A stretch of 64,000 nt of DNA, taken from NCBI GenBank assembly GCA_963716865.1, contig CAVQUF010000002.1:86316-150315 (forward strand). The letters run 5' to 3'. Positions within the stretch are counted from its first letter, which is position 1, and each line of letters starts with the position of its first letter. Made by a program: the position numbers and the translations under genes. Below the pieces are notes generated by a model. The model worked only from the letters and a program-made list of their open reading frames with translations. It was not told where the DNA came from and did not search any database. This document shows, piece after piece, positions 10,398 through 18,939 of the stretch. Source of the DNA: an uncultured Actinomycetes bacterium. GTDB lineage: Bacteria; Actinomycetota; Thermoleophilia; Gaiellales; Gaiellaceae.

Positions 10398-11108
10398 CTA
10401 GTCCCCGTGCCCGAAGAGCCCCCGCACCGATTGGGCGAAGACCCTGGCCGCGGTCGCGGTCAGCGTGCGCAGGTATAGCGGCACGGAGCGGTCGGCGATC
10501 CACTCGAGATCGTGGGCCAGCTTCTCGGCCATCGAGGTCTCGTAGCCGCGCCTCACCTGGGCGAACCCGGTCAGACCCGGGCGCACGACGAGACGCTGCC
10601 AGTAGGCCGGCAGCTCCTCCGCGAGCTGCTCGAAGAAACGGGGCCGGATCGGCCGCGGCCCGACGAAGCTCATGTCGCCTCTGAGGACGTTCCAGAGCTG
10701 GGGAAGCTCGTCGAGCTGCGTCGCGCGGAGACGGCGGCCGAGCCGCGTGGTCTCGGCGCGTGTCTTCTCGACGAGCTCTTCGCCGAGAAAGGAGCCGAGG
10801 CGCTCCTCGGCGCCGGGCTCGAGCGTGCGGAACTTCAGCATCTGGAAGATGCGCCCGTCCTTCCCGACCCGGCGGCCGCGGTAGAAGAGGGGCCTGCCGC
10901 TCGTCAGGAGGAGCGCGGCACCGATCACGAGCAGCAGCGGGACCGCGAGCAGCAGGAAGAGCCCGGAGAAGGCGACGTCGAGCAGCCGAAGCTCCAGATC
11001 GACGCGGCGCTTCGGCGAGCCGCTTCCGAGCCCCGCGAAGCGCTCGATGAAGGAATCGCTCGGTCCCGGCTGCGGCGAGGTTTCCGAGCCCGGCTGGGAG
11101 CTGGCCAC
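10398..11108 (-). CDS. Initiating sugar-phosphate transferase (bacterial sugar transferase family, PglC/WbaP C-terminal type), copy 1
   Basis: PLFYRGRRVGKDGRIFQMLKFRTL and DELPQLWNVLRGDMSFVGPRP. Confidence 0.9.
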   Translation of the reverse strand: MASSQPGSETSPQPGPSDSFIERFAGLGSGSPKRRVDLELRLLDVAFSGLFLLLAVPLLLVIGAALLLTSGRPLFYRGRRVGKDGRIFQMLKFRTLEPGAEERLGSFLGEELVEKTRAETTRLGRRLRATQLDELPQLWNVLRGDMSFVGPRPIRPRFFEQLAEELPAYWQRLVVRPGLTGFAQVRRGYETSMAEKLAHDLEWIADRSVPLYLRTLTATAARVFAQSVRGLFGHGD

Positions 11109-11260
11109 CCCGTGATGCTAGAGGGTCGAGGACACGGCGAGACGGCGGTCGGCCCCTTCGTCCTGTACTACGGTTCGCCCGGCCTCCTCCCCGAGGCGAG
11201 CGTATCGGGGAAATGCGCACGCGTGGGTAACGGAATCGTGCCGGAAGTGTGACTGAAGGC

Positions 11261-11275
11261 ATAATCAATCCTTAT
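11261..11275 (+). promoter_or_regulatory. Candidate LysR-type T-N11-A box (ATAATCAATCCTTAT) overlapping the LysR start codon
   Basis: ATAA-N7-TTAT dyad read directly; an AT-rich patch in the divergent 165-nt intergenic region. Confidence 0.3.
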
Positions 11276-12167
11276 GGACACGCGACAGCTCGCAGCGTTC
11301 TGCGCCGTGGTCGAGCGGAAGAGCTTCTCGCAGGCGGCCGAGCGGCTCGGGGTCACGCAGCCGGCGGTGAGCCTCCAGGTCCGCTCGCTCGAGAAGCGGC
11401 TTGGACGCAAGCTGCTCGATCGCTCGGGTCGCAGCGTCGAGCCGACCGAGGCGGGCCTCGCGCTCTACCGCGGCGCCCAGCGCCTGCTCGCCCTCGAAGG
11501 TCAGCTGCTCGAGGAGCTCGAGGCCGGCGAGGAGGGCGAGCTCGGCGGCACGCTCGAGGTCGGCGCGTCCACCGGCCCAGGTAGCACCGTCGTCCCGGTC
11601 CTGCTCTGCGAATTTCAGCGGCAGAACCCCGGTGTCGCGATCTCGCTCTCGATCTCGGACACGCAGACCGTCGTCGAGCGTGTGGCGGACCGCGAGCTCG
11701 AGCTCGGCGTCGTCGGCGCCGCCCGACGGCACCGCGGGGTCGTGTTCGAGCCGCTCTTCCGCGACGAGGTCGTGCTCGCATGCCCGCCGGACCACCGCTT
11801 CGCCGGCCGCACGGTCGGGCTCGACGAGCTGAGGGAGGAGCAGCTGATCGTGATGCAGGAGGGCGCCGGGGTCCGTCAGGTGATCGAGGACGAGCTCCGT
11901 CGCGCCGGCACGAGGCTGCGGGAGCTGGAGCCGCGGCTCGAGCTCGGCCTCCAGGAGTCGGCGCGATCGGCGGTCGTCGCCGGCTACGGGGTGACGTTCA
12001 TCTCACGCGCCGCGATCGAGGCCGATCTCTCGGCGGGCACGCTCGCCGCCGCGCGCGTGAAGGGGCTCGACCCGGCCCGTGAGATCTCGCTCGTCCGGTC
12101 GGCGGGGCGCTCGCCTACCCGTGCGGCGGAGGCCTTCCTGTCCTTCGCCAGGGAGCGGCTCGAGTGA
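11274..12167 (+). CDS. LysR-family transcriptional regulator
   Basis: N-terminal HTH FSQAAERLGVTQPAVSLQVRSLE; 297 aa. Confidence 0.9.
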   Translation: MDTRQLAAFCAVVERKSFSQAAERLGVTQPAVSLQVRSLEKRLGRKLLDRSGRSVEPTEAGLALYRGAQRLLALEGQLLEELEAGEEGELGGTLEVGASTGPGSTVVPVLLCEFQRQNPGVAISLSISDTQTVVERVADRELELGVVGAARRHRGVVFEPLFRDEVVLACPPDHRFAGRTVGLDELREEQLIVMQEGAGVRQVIEDELRRAGTRLRELEPRLELGLQESARSAVVAGYGVTFISRAAIEADLSAGTLAAARVKGLDPAREISLVRSAGRSPTRAAEAFLSFARERLE

Positions 12168-13126
12168 TCGTCCGCTGGGGGCTCGAGGAGCTCCCCGGCC
12201 TGCTCGCGGAAGCCGGGATCGAGCGCCCGTTCCTGATCGCGAGCGACCGCTGGGCGCGCCTCGACCTTCCCGCGGCCGGAAGATGGAACGAGGTTCCGTC
12301 CCACCGGATCGACGACGCGGCCGAGGCGAGCGACGGCTGTGACGGCCTCCTCGTGGTCGGCGGCGGCAGCGCGATCGACCTGACGAAGGCGATCTCGGCC
12401 GCGACCGGCCTCCCGTTCGTTTCGGTGCCGACCACGTACTCGGGCGCCGAGTGGACGACGTCGTTCGGGATCCGCGACCCGGGCCGGCTCATGAGGGGCC
12501 ACGGAAGCGGCGCCCACCCGGCCGGGATCGTCTACGAACCGAAGCTGACCCTCGACCTGCCACGGGGCGTGAGCGGCGGAACGGCAATGAACGCGCTCGC
12601 CCACTGCGCGGAGGCCCTCTACGTCGAGGGCCGCAACCCCGAGGGCGACGAGCATGCGATCGAGGGCGCGAGGCTGATCGGCGAGTCGCTCCCGTCCGTG
12701 CTCGAGGACGGCCACGACCTCGAGGCCCGAACGACGCTCCTGCGTGGGGCGATGCACGCGGGGGCCGCCTTCGGCTCGGCCGGTCTCGGGCTCGCGCATG
12801 CGATGGCGCAGGCGATCGGCGGCCGCTACGGGATCGCGCACGGAGCTGCGAACGCCCTCTGCCTGCCGCCGGCGCTGCGGTTCAACGAGTCGGTCGCCCG
12901 CGAGGAGATCGCGCGCTTCGCCGAGGCTCTCGGCACGGCCGATGCAGCGGCGCGCTGCGAGGAGCTCTCCCGCCTCTCGGGCTTCGAGCGCCTGCGCGAC
13001 CTCGGCGTCCCGGAGGACGAGCTCGACGAGGTGGCCGAGGCGGCCGCCGCCCGTCCGGGCGCGCTCGTCAACCCGCGCCGTGCGAGCCCGGCCGAGATCG
13101 CCGAGCTCCTGCGCAGCATCTGGTAG
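12164..13126 (+). CDS. Iron-containing alcohol dehydrogenase family protein (maleylacetate-reductase-like)
   Basis: VVGGGSAIDLTKAI and the histidine-rich C-terminal half (NALAHCAE, GLAHAMAQ). GTGA overlap with the LysR stop. Confidence 0.8.
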   Translation: MIVRWGLEELPGLLAEAGIERPFLIASDRWARLDLPAAGRWNEVPSHRIDDAAEASDGCDGLLVVGGGSAIDLTKAISAATGLPFVSVPTTYSGAEWTTSFGIRDPGRLMRGHGSGAHPAGIVYEPKLTLDLPRGVSGGTAMNALAHCAEALYVEGRNPEGDEHAIEGARLIGESLPSVLEDGHDLEARTTLLRGAMHAGAAFGSAGLGLAHAMAQAIGGRYGIAHGAANALCLPPALRFNESVAREEIARFAEALGTADAAARCEELSRLSGFERLRDLGVPEDELDEVAEAAAARPGALVNPRRASPAEIAELLRSIW

Positions 13127-13130
13127 CCGA

Positions 13131-13232
13131 GGCGTCGCTTGCGATGCCGGCCTCAGGACGTGCGGGCTCGGCCTGCGCGTCCGTCTGAAATGACCGGTCG
13201 AGCCGATGGCGCTGTTCCGAAACCGTCGCTAG
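13131..13232 (+). repeat. Repeat family A, copy 1 (double hairpin + invariant tail + third hairpin)
   Basis: GGCGTCGCTTGCGATGCC..GACGTGCGGGCTCGGCCTGCGCGTCCGTCTGAAATGACCGGTCGA, then CGATGG..CCGTCG..CTAG. Starts 5 nt after the stop at 13126. Confidence 0.8.
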
Positions 13233-13567
13233 CAGCCGCCGGCCGCGGGCGTACCGCCGGGCCCGGCGAGGTGCGTCAGGTTCGGGCCGCTTCCGCTCTC
13301 CACGCAGTACGAGGAGGCATCGGCCCGCGCGAGCCTCACCCCGAAGCCCTGGAGCGAGGTGCCCGCGTAGGTTCCGTTGAGGGCGTGGAACTCCTCGAGC
13401 GCGACCCCGGCCTGCTGGAATGCGACGGCCGCGGCCGTCTGCTTCGCCCGGTCGATTTCCTGCTGGGCGCTCGCCTGGCTCGGAGAGTGCTGCAGCTGCG
13501 CGTTCATGATGAAGCCCGCCACGCCCAGGGCGACGAGCAGCGAGAGCAGTGAGAGGCCGCGTGCCAC
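13229..13567 (-). CDS. Small membrane-anchored/secreted protein, weakly pilin-like
   Basis: N-terminal hydrophobic helix GLSLLSLLVALGVAGFIM. ALEEFHALNGTYAGTSL resembles type IV pilin alpha-beta loops, and there are two C-terminal Cys. It lacks the canonical G/FTLIE signature. Confidence 0.4.
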   Translation of the reverse strand: MARGLSLLSLLVALGVAGFIMNAQLQHSPSQASAQQEIDRAKQTAAAVAFQQAGVALEEFHALNGTYAGTSLQGFGVRLARADASSYCVESGSGPNLTHLAGPGGTPAAGGC

Positions 13568-13594
13568 CCCGGATAGATCGGCACGTTCTACGCG

Positions 13595-14512
13595 TCACTC
13601 AAGCCGCCGCGCGACGAACGACAGGACCGTCACGCCCAACTCCTCGAGCGTGTAGCCCCTGCTGAACTTCGGCGCCAGAGGCAGCGACCGCAGCTCGACC
13701 AGGCCCTCCTCGCTCGGCCCCGAGGGTTGCTCGGACACGAGCTCGAGCCCGGCCTCGCGCACGAGGCGGAGGTAGTCGGGGGCGCGCAGCCGGTTCTGGA
13801 AGTGGAGCGGCGAGCTGACCAGCCGCCAGCCGCGGTCGGAGAAGCGGAGGAAGTTGTAGCGGGAGAGCGACCGGTCGAAGTACGCGTAGTGGTCCTGGAG
13901 GTCGATCCGGCAGCTGAATACCCCACCCGGTCGCAGGAGCCGCCCGCACTCGGCGAAGATCCGCGCCAGGTCGTCCTCCGGGATGTGCTCGCAGGTGTCC
14001 GTGCTCGACACGAAGTCGATCGACTCCGCCGGGAAACCGGTCGCGCGCGCGTCGCGCGGGGCGAGGTAGGCGATTCCCAGCCGCTCCTCGAGCTCGGCCA
14101 GCGAGGCCACGGGGCCGCCGAGCCGCCGGAGCTCGCGCCCGGCCTCGCGCTCGAGCTCGTCCCAGAGCCGACCGAACACCCCGAGCGACTCGTTCACGAG
14201 CTCGACGCGAGCGCTCGGGCGGATGTCGACGAGCACCTGGCGGCCGACGCCGAGGCACGCGTAGGAAAGCGGGATCGCCAGGTCCCAGCCGGCGCCGAAC
14301 TCGTAGAAGACGGCCTCGCCGCGGGACGTGCCGGGCCCGTGCTCCTCGTAGGCCTGGAGGTGCTGCCGCGCCCGCGAGAACTTGCGACGGAAGGCTGACT
14401 CGCCGGCGGGCAGGCTGTGCGCCACGTGCCGCTGGAAGAGGTAGTTCAGCCGCTCGCCCTCCGGAAGGACGCCGAGCCCGCGCTGGAGCGCCGCTTTCGC
14501 CAGCCATCTCAT
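13595..14512 (-). CDS. Class I SAM-dependent methyltransferase
   Basis: VFYEFGAGWD (motif I-like) and LLRPGGVF; 305 aa. Confidence 0.7.
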   Translation of the reverse strand: MRWLAKAALQRGLGVLPEGERLNYLFQRHVAHSLPAGESAFRRKFSRARQHLQAYEEHGPGTSRGEAVFYEFGAGWDLAIPLSYACLGVGRQVLVDIRPSARVELVNESLGVFGRLWDELEREAGRELRRLGGPVASLAELEERLGIAYLAPRDARATGFPAESIDFVSSTDTCEHIPEDDLARIFAECGRLLRPGGVFSCRIDLQDHYAYFDRSLSRYNFLRFSDRGWRLVSSPLHFQNRLRAPDYLRLVREAGLELVSEQPSGPSEEGLVELRSLPLAPKFSRGYTLEELGVTVLSFVARRLE

Positions 14513-14551
14513 CGGGCGGCGAGCATAGCCGGGACCTGAGAATAAGGTGAA

Positions 14552-14575
14552 CTAATTCCTGTGATTAGGTAGACT
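14552..14575 (+). promoter_or_regulatory. Candidate operator/-10 region for the sulfonate operon (CTAAT-N7-ATTAG dyad plus TAGACT)
   Basis: The only AT-rich patch in the 72-nt divergent gap. TAGACT ends 9 nt before GTG 14585, so a short leader or leaderless transcript is possible. Confidence 0.3.
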
Positions 14576-14584
14576 CCGACCGTC

Positions 14585-15790
14585 GTGGCCGAGCGGCTCA
14601 TATTCGACGTGCTCGTCGTCGGGAGCGGGGCCTCAGGGCTCGCCGCCGCGGTGTCGGCCGAGACGACCGGCGCGCGCGTCGGTCTCGTCACCAAGGGAGC
14701 GTTGCAGTCCTGCAACTCGGCCAAGGCCCAGGGAGGCATCCAGGCGGCGTTCGGCGAGGACGACTCCCCGGAACAGCACGGCGAGGACGTCTGGCAGAGC
14801 TCCCACGAGACCGCCGACCGCCACCTCGTGGAGGTGCTGACCGGCGAGGCGCCGGGCGCGATCCACTGGCTCGAGGAACACGGGGTCGAGTTCACCAGGG
14901 AGAACGGCGGCTACCGGCTCGCCCGCTGCGGTGGCGCGAGCCGCAAGCGCCTGCTCCAGGTCGGCGACCGTACCGGCCACGCGATCACCACCGCCCTCCG
15001 CGACGCGTTCCTCGCCTCGGACGGCGAGGCCCTGCCCAACTGCCCGCTCGTCGCACTCGAGCCCGCCGGGAACGGCTGGCTCGCGACCTGCCGCCGGAAG
15101 AACGGAGAGGACGTCACGATCGACGCGGCCGCCGTCGTGCTCGCCGCCGGCGGGCGCTGCTACCGCGAGGCCGAGGAGCGCCGCGAGCTTTCGACCAACC
15201 ACCCCGGCGCGACCGGCGAGGTGACGCAGATCGCGCTCGACCTCGGCGCCGAGAGCCGCGACCTCGACGCGCTCCAGTACCACCCGAACGGCGGCGCCTG
15301 GCCTCCGACGATGCAGGGCTACTCGATCCCCGAGACCACCCGCGCCTACGGAGCGACGCTCCTCAACGCCGACGGGGACGAGTTCACCGACCCGCTCGGG
15401 CCGCGCGACACGGTCTCGCAGGCGATCTTCGACGAGGTGGAGGGCGGGCGCGGAGTCGAGACGCCCGACGGCCGCCCCGCGGTCCTGCTCGACACGACCC
15501 GGATCGCCCAGGGCGACGCCGAGATCTCGCTTCCCTACATGCTGCGCCGTTACCGTTCCGCCGGAATCGACCCGCTCGGGCAGGCGATCCTGACCTACCC
15601 CGTCCTCCACTACCAGAACGGCGGCCTCGTCATCGACGAGCGCTCGGAGACGACCCTCGAGGGCCTGTTCGCGTGCGGCGAGATCGCCGGCGGCACACAC
15701 GGGCGCAACCGGATGATGGGGAACAGCCTGCTCGAGTGCACCGTCTTCGGACGCCGGGCAGGCGCAGCCGCCGCGGAGAAGGCGGCGTGA
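14585..15790 (+). CDS. FAD-binding oxidoreductase, fumarate reductase/succinate dehydrogenase/L-aspartate oxidase flavoprotein family, short form (no C-terminal helical domain)
   Basis: DVLVVGSGASGLAAA, AKAQGGI, LQYHPNG, GLFACGEIAGGTHGRNRMMGNSLLECTVFGRRAG; 401 aa. Confidence 0.8.
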   Translation: MAERLIFDVLVVGSGASGLAAAVSAETTGARVGLVTKGALQSCNSAKAQGGIQAAFGEDDSPEQHGEDVWQSSHETADRHLVEVLTGEAPGAIHWLEEHGVEFTRENGGYRLARCGGASRKRLLQVGDRTGHAITTALRDAFLASDGEALPNCPLVALEPAGNGWLATCRRKNGEDVTIDAAAVVLAAGGRCYREAEERRELSTNHPGATGEVTQIALDLGAESRDLDALQYHPNGGAWPPTMQGYSIPETTRAYGATLLNADGDEFTDPLGPRDTVSQAIFDEVEGGRGVETPDGRPAVLLDTTRIAQGDAEISLPYMLRRYRSAGIDPLGQAILTYPVLHYQNGGLVIDERSETTLEGLFACGEIAGGTHGRNRMMGNSLLECTVFGRRAGAAAAEKAA

Positions 15791-15861
15791 GACGCCGCTT
15801 GCGGTGTCGACATCAGGCCGGACGGGCTTTGCTCGCCCGGCCGTCTGAAATGACCGGTCGA
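15791..15861 (+). repeat. Repeat family A, copy 2
   Basis: GACGCCGCTTGCGGTGTC..GGCCGGACGGGCTTTGCTCGCCCGGCCGTCTGAAATGACCGGTCGA, immediately after the stop at 15790. Confidence 0.8.
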
Positions 15862-15887
15862 TGCGCCTGTCGTCAGGAGAAGGCCGC

Positions 15888-16784
15888 ATGAGTCTGGTAG
15901 TGACCGACCTGCGCCAGGCCGTCGAGGACGCGGCTGCCTACCTCTACGTCTGGGCGCTGAAGGACATCCCGCAGGACCTGCGCGACGCGCTCGTGGCGGC
16001 CAGGGACCGCGAAACCTCGACGCCGGGCAAGCGCGTACTGGAGACGATCGTCCGCAACGTCGAGATCGCGGACGACCGCGAGAACCTCGTCTGCCAGGAC
16101 ACGGGGATCGCGGTCTACATGTGCCGTGTCGGAGAAGGCTTCCCGCTCCACCCGGTCCGGATCTACGAGGCGCTCAAGGCCGGCACCGAGCGCGCGACGA
16201 TCGAGCACCCGCTTCGCTCGAACGCCGTCCACACGATCACCCGGGAGAACACCGGGCCGAACACGGGCTACCGGCTCCCGATCGTGCACTGGGAGTTCGT
16301 GCCCGACTGGGACGGCCTCGACGTCAAGTGCGTGCCGAAGGGCTCGGGCTCGGAGAACATGAGCTTCCTGAAGATGTGCGTCCCCGCCGACGGCGTGAAG
16401 GGGATCAAGCAGTTCGTGCTCGAGTCGATCGTCGACGCGGGCGGCAAGCCGTGCCCGCCCGGGATCGTCGGCGTCGGCATCGGCGGCTCGGCCGACTACG
16501 CGATGTACCTCGCCAAGGAGGCGATCGCGCGCCCCATCGGAACCCGCAACCCCGACCCGCACGTGGCGCAGCTCGAGGACGAGCTCTACGGGCTGCTGAA
16601 CGAGACCGGCATCGGGCCGATGGGGCTCGGCGGCGACGTCACCGTCCTCAACTGCCACATAGAGCACGCCGACACGCACATGACCCTGAACCCCGTGGCC
16701 GTCAACTACCAGTGCTGGGCGGCGCGCCGCGCGAGCGCGCATATCGCCGCCGACGGCACGATCGACTACGACCGGGAGGCCTGA
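15888..16784 (+). CDS. Fe-S type hydro-lyase, tartrate/fumarate subfamily, alpha subunit (class I fumarase / TtdA-like)
   Basis: VCQDTGIAVYM, VPKGSGSENMS, GVGIGGSAD. ATG 15888 is preceded by AGGAGAAGG; the track ORF starts at 15861, inside the repeat. Confidence 0.85.
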   Translation: MSLVVTDLRQAVEDAAAYLYVWALKDIPQDLRDALVAARDRETSTPGKRVLETIVRNVEIADDRENLVCQDTGIAVYMCRVGEGFPLHPVRIYEALKAGTERATIEHPLRSNAVHTITRENTGPNTGYRLPIVHWEFVPDWDGLDVKCVPKGSGSENMSFLKMCVPADGVKGIKQFVLESIVDAGGKPCPPGIVGVGIGGSADYAMYLAKEAIARPIGTRNPDPHVAQLEDELYGLLNETGIGPMGLGGDVTVLNCHIEHADTHMTLNPVAVNYQCWAARRASAHIAADGTIDYDREA

Positions 16785-16790
16785 GGTGCT

Positions 16791-16889
16791 TAGTAACAGT
16801 CTGTTACTAGCGGTGTCCCGGGCCTCCAGCGGCCAAGACCCACGGAGATGCGGGAGCTTTCAGGCTCCAAGTAACAGACTGTTACTTGG
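16791..16889. repeat. Repeat family C, doublet 2: TAGTAACAGTCTGTTACTA (16791..16809) and CCAAGTAACAGACTGTTACTTGG (16867..16889), 57-nt spacer
   Basis: Read directly. Lies between the hydro-lyase alpha stop (16784) and the beta start (16904). The second palindrome abuts the GGAGGGGGA ribosome-binding site. Confidence 0.8.
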
Positions 16890-16903
16890 AGGGGGAGACC
16901 TCG

Positions 16904-17488
16904 ATGGCTAGGCACGAAGTGACCTTCCCGGTTACCGACGAGGCCGAGATCCTCAAGCTGCGCGCCGGCGACGAGGTCGTCGTCCAGGGTCACATCATCG
17001 GGATCCGCGACCGCACGCAGATCCGGATCTTCGACGAGGGCGTCGAGCCGCCGATGGACCTCCGCGGCGCGTTCCTGCTCCATACCGCTCCGGGCGTGCG
17101 CAAGGTCGGCGACAAGTACGAGCCTGTCTGCATCGGCACGACCACGAGCGCGCGGATGGTGCGCTTCACCGAGCCGCTCGGTGCGCAGTACGGCGTGCGC
17201 GCGATCTGCGGCAAGGGCGGTTTCCCCGACGAGGCGATCGAGCCCATGCAACGGCACGGGATGGTCTACTTCGCGATCGTCGGCGGGGCCGCGGCACTCG
17301 AGACGACGCAGATCGAGGAGATCGAGGAGGTCGCCTGGGAGGAGCTCATGCCCGAGTGCCTCTGGAAGTTCCGCGTGAAGGACTTCGGTCCGCTCACGGT
17401 CGGCATCGACGCGCACGGCAACTCGCTCTACCACGACGTGCAGGAGGCCGCACACAAGAAGCTGGAGGAGCTCTATGCCAAGCTTTGA
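16904..17488 (+). CDS. Fe-S type hydro-lyase, tartrate/fumarate subfamily, beta subunit (FumA C-terminal / TtdB-like)
   Basis: GHIIGIRDRTQIRIF, IGTTTSARM, ICGKGG. The ATG at 16904 follows a GGAGGGGGA SD; the track ORF starts at TTG 16886. Confidence 0.85.
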   Translation: MARHEVTFPVTDEAEILKLRAGDEVVVQGHIIGIRDRTQIRIFDEGVEPPMDLRGAFLLHTAPGVRKVGDKYEPVCIGTTTSARMVRFTEPLGAQYGVRAICGKGGFPDEAIEPMQRHGMVYFAIVGGAAALETTQIEEIEEVAWEELMPECLWKFRVKDFGPLTVGIDAHGNSLYHDVQEAAHKKLEELYAKL

Positions 17489-18263
17489 CGGATTCCTCGA
17501 CCTGCCCCCTCGCCCCGGGAAGCCGCGCACCGAGGGCCTGACCCACGTCATCGACAAGGGCCTCAACCTGCGCGAGATCGAGGGTCTCTTCGACACCGCC
17601 GGCCAGTACGTGGACATCGTCAAGCTCGGCTGGGGCACCTCGTACGTCACCAACAACCTCGAGAAGAAGATCGCGCTCTACCGGTCGTTCGAGACGCCCG
17701 TCGTCTGCGGCGGCACGCTCTTCGAGGTCGTCTACGCGCGCGGCAAGCTCGACGAGTTCCGGCGCTGGTTGGTCGACCAGCGCTTCTCGCACGTCGAGAT
17801 CTCGGACGGCACGCTCGAGATCCCGCGCGAGCGCAAGCTCGAGCTGATCGCCGACTTCGCGAGCGACTTCACCGTCCTCTCGGAGGTCGGCTCGAAGGAC
17901 GAGGAGATCGTGTTTGCCCCGTACCAGTGGGTCGAGTGGATCAAGGAGGAGCTCGAGGCGGGTGCCTGGAAGGTGATCACGGAGGGGCGCGAGGGCGGCA
18001 CCGCGGGTATCTACCGGCCGACCGGAGAGATGCGCACGGGGCTCGTGGACGAGATCGTCCACGAGGTCGAGCTCGGGGACCTGATCTTCGAGGCGCCGAC
18101 GAAATCGAGCCAGGCCTGGTTCGTCAAGCAGTTCGGTCCCAACGTGAACCTCGGGAACATCCCGCCCGAGGAGGTCATCCCGCTCGAGACGCTGCGCCTC
18201 GGCCTGCGCGGCGACACGCTGAAGGAGGTCTTGCTCGATGGCGAGCGCGCCCCCTCTGCCTGA
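17475..18263 (+). CDS. comA: (2R)-phospho-3-sulfolactate synthase (ComA family)
   Basis: LTHVIDKGL, VDIVKLGWGTSYV, FSHVEISDGTL; 262 aa. 14-nt overlap with the upstream gene. Confidence 0.85.
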   Translation: MPSFDGFLDLPPRPGKPRTEGLTHVIDKGLNLREIEGLFDTAGQYVDIVKLGWGTSYVTNNLEKKIALYRSFETPVVCGGTLFEVVYARGKLDEFRRWLVDQRFSHVEISDGTLEIPRERKLELIADFASDFTVLSEVGSKDEEIVFAPYQWVEWIKEELEAGAWKVITEGREGGTAGIYRPTGEMRTGLVDEIVHEVELGDLIFEAPTKSSQAWFVKQFGPNVNLGNIPPEEVIPLETLRLGLRGDTLKEVLLDGERAPSA

Positions 18264-18939
18264 GCTCGACTTCGAGTCGATGAGCGCGGAGGAGGTCCTC
18301 CGCTGGGGGCACGCCGAGTTCGGCGACCGCCTCTGCCTGACGTGCTCCTGGCAGAAGCAGTCGTCGGTGCTCGTGCACATGGTGGCCGAGCTCGGCCTCG
18401 ACCTTCCGGTGATCGAGCTCGACACGCACCTGTTCTTCCGCGAGAGCTACGAGACGCGCGACCGGCTCGTCGAGCGCTACGGCATCCGCCTGCTTCCGCC
18501 GCCCGAGCTGATCACCGTCGCCGAGCAGCACCGGCAGGAGGGCCCGAACCTCTGGGAGACCGACCCCGACCGCTGCTGCCACATCCGCAAGGTCGAGCCG
18601 CTCCTGAAGGCGCTCCAGCCCTACGACGCCTGGATCTCCGGGATCCGGCGCGACCAGGCGCCGAGCCGGTCTGCGACGCCGAAGGTGCAGTGGTCGGAGC
18701 GCTACGACGTCTGGAAGGTCCACCCGCTGGCCGACTGGGACGAGAAGCGCGTCTGGGCCTACATCACCGTGAACGAGATTCCGTACAACCCGCTCCACGA
18801 CGTCGGCTTCCGCTCGATCGGGTGCATTCCGTGCACGCGTCCGACGAGTCCTGAGGAAGAGGAGCGCGCAGGCCGCTGGGCCGGCTCCGACAAGCTCGAA
18901 TGTGGCATCCACCTCGACACTCCCGTAGGAGGGACATGA
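18238..18939 (+). CDS. cysH: Adenylyl-/phosphoadenylyl-sulfate reductase (CysH), Fe-S-cluster type
   Basis: SGIRRDQ and ECGIH catalytic motif, plus the CC (DRCCHIRK) and CxxC (GCIPC) cysteines that bind the 4Fe-4S cluster in APS-type enzymes. Confidence 0.9.
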   Translation: MASAPPLPELDFESMSAEEVLRWGHAEFGDRLCLTCSWQKQSSVLVHMVAELGLDLPVIELDTHLFFRESYETRDRLVERYGIRLLPPPELITVAEQHRQEGPNLWETDPDRCCHIRKVEPLLKALQPYDAWISGIRRDQAPSRSATPKVQWSERYDVWKVHPLADWDEKRVWAYITVNEIPYNPLHDVGFRSIGCIPCTRPTSPEEEERAGRWAGSDKLECGIHLDTPVGGT

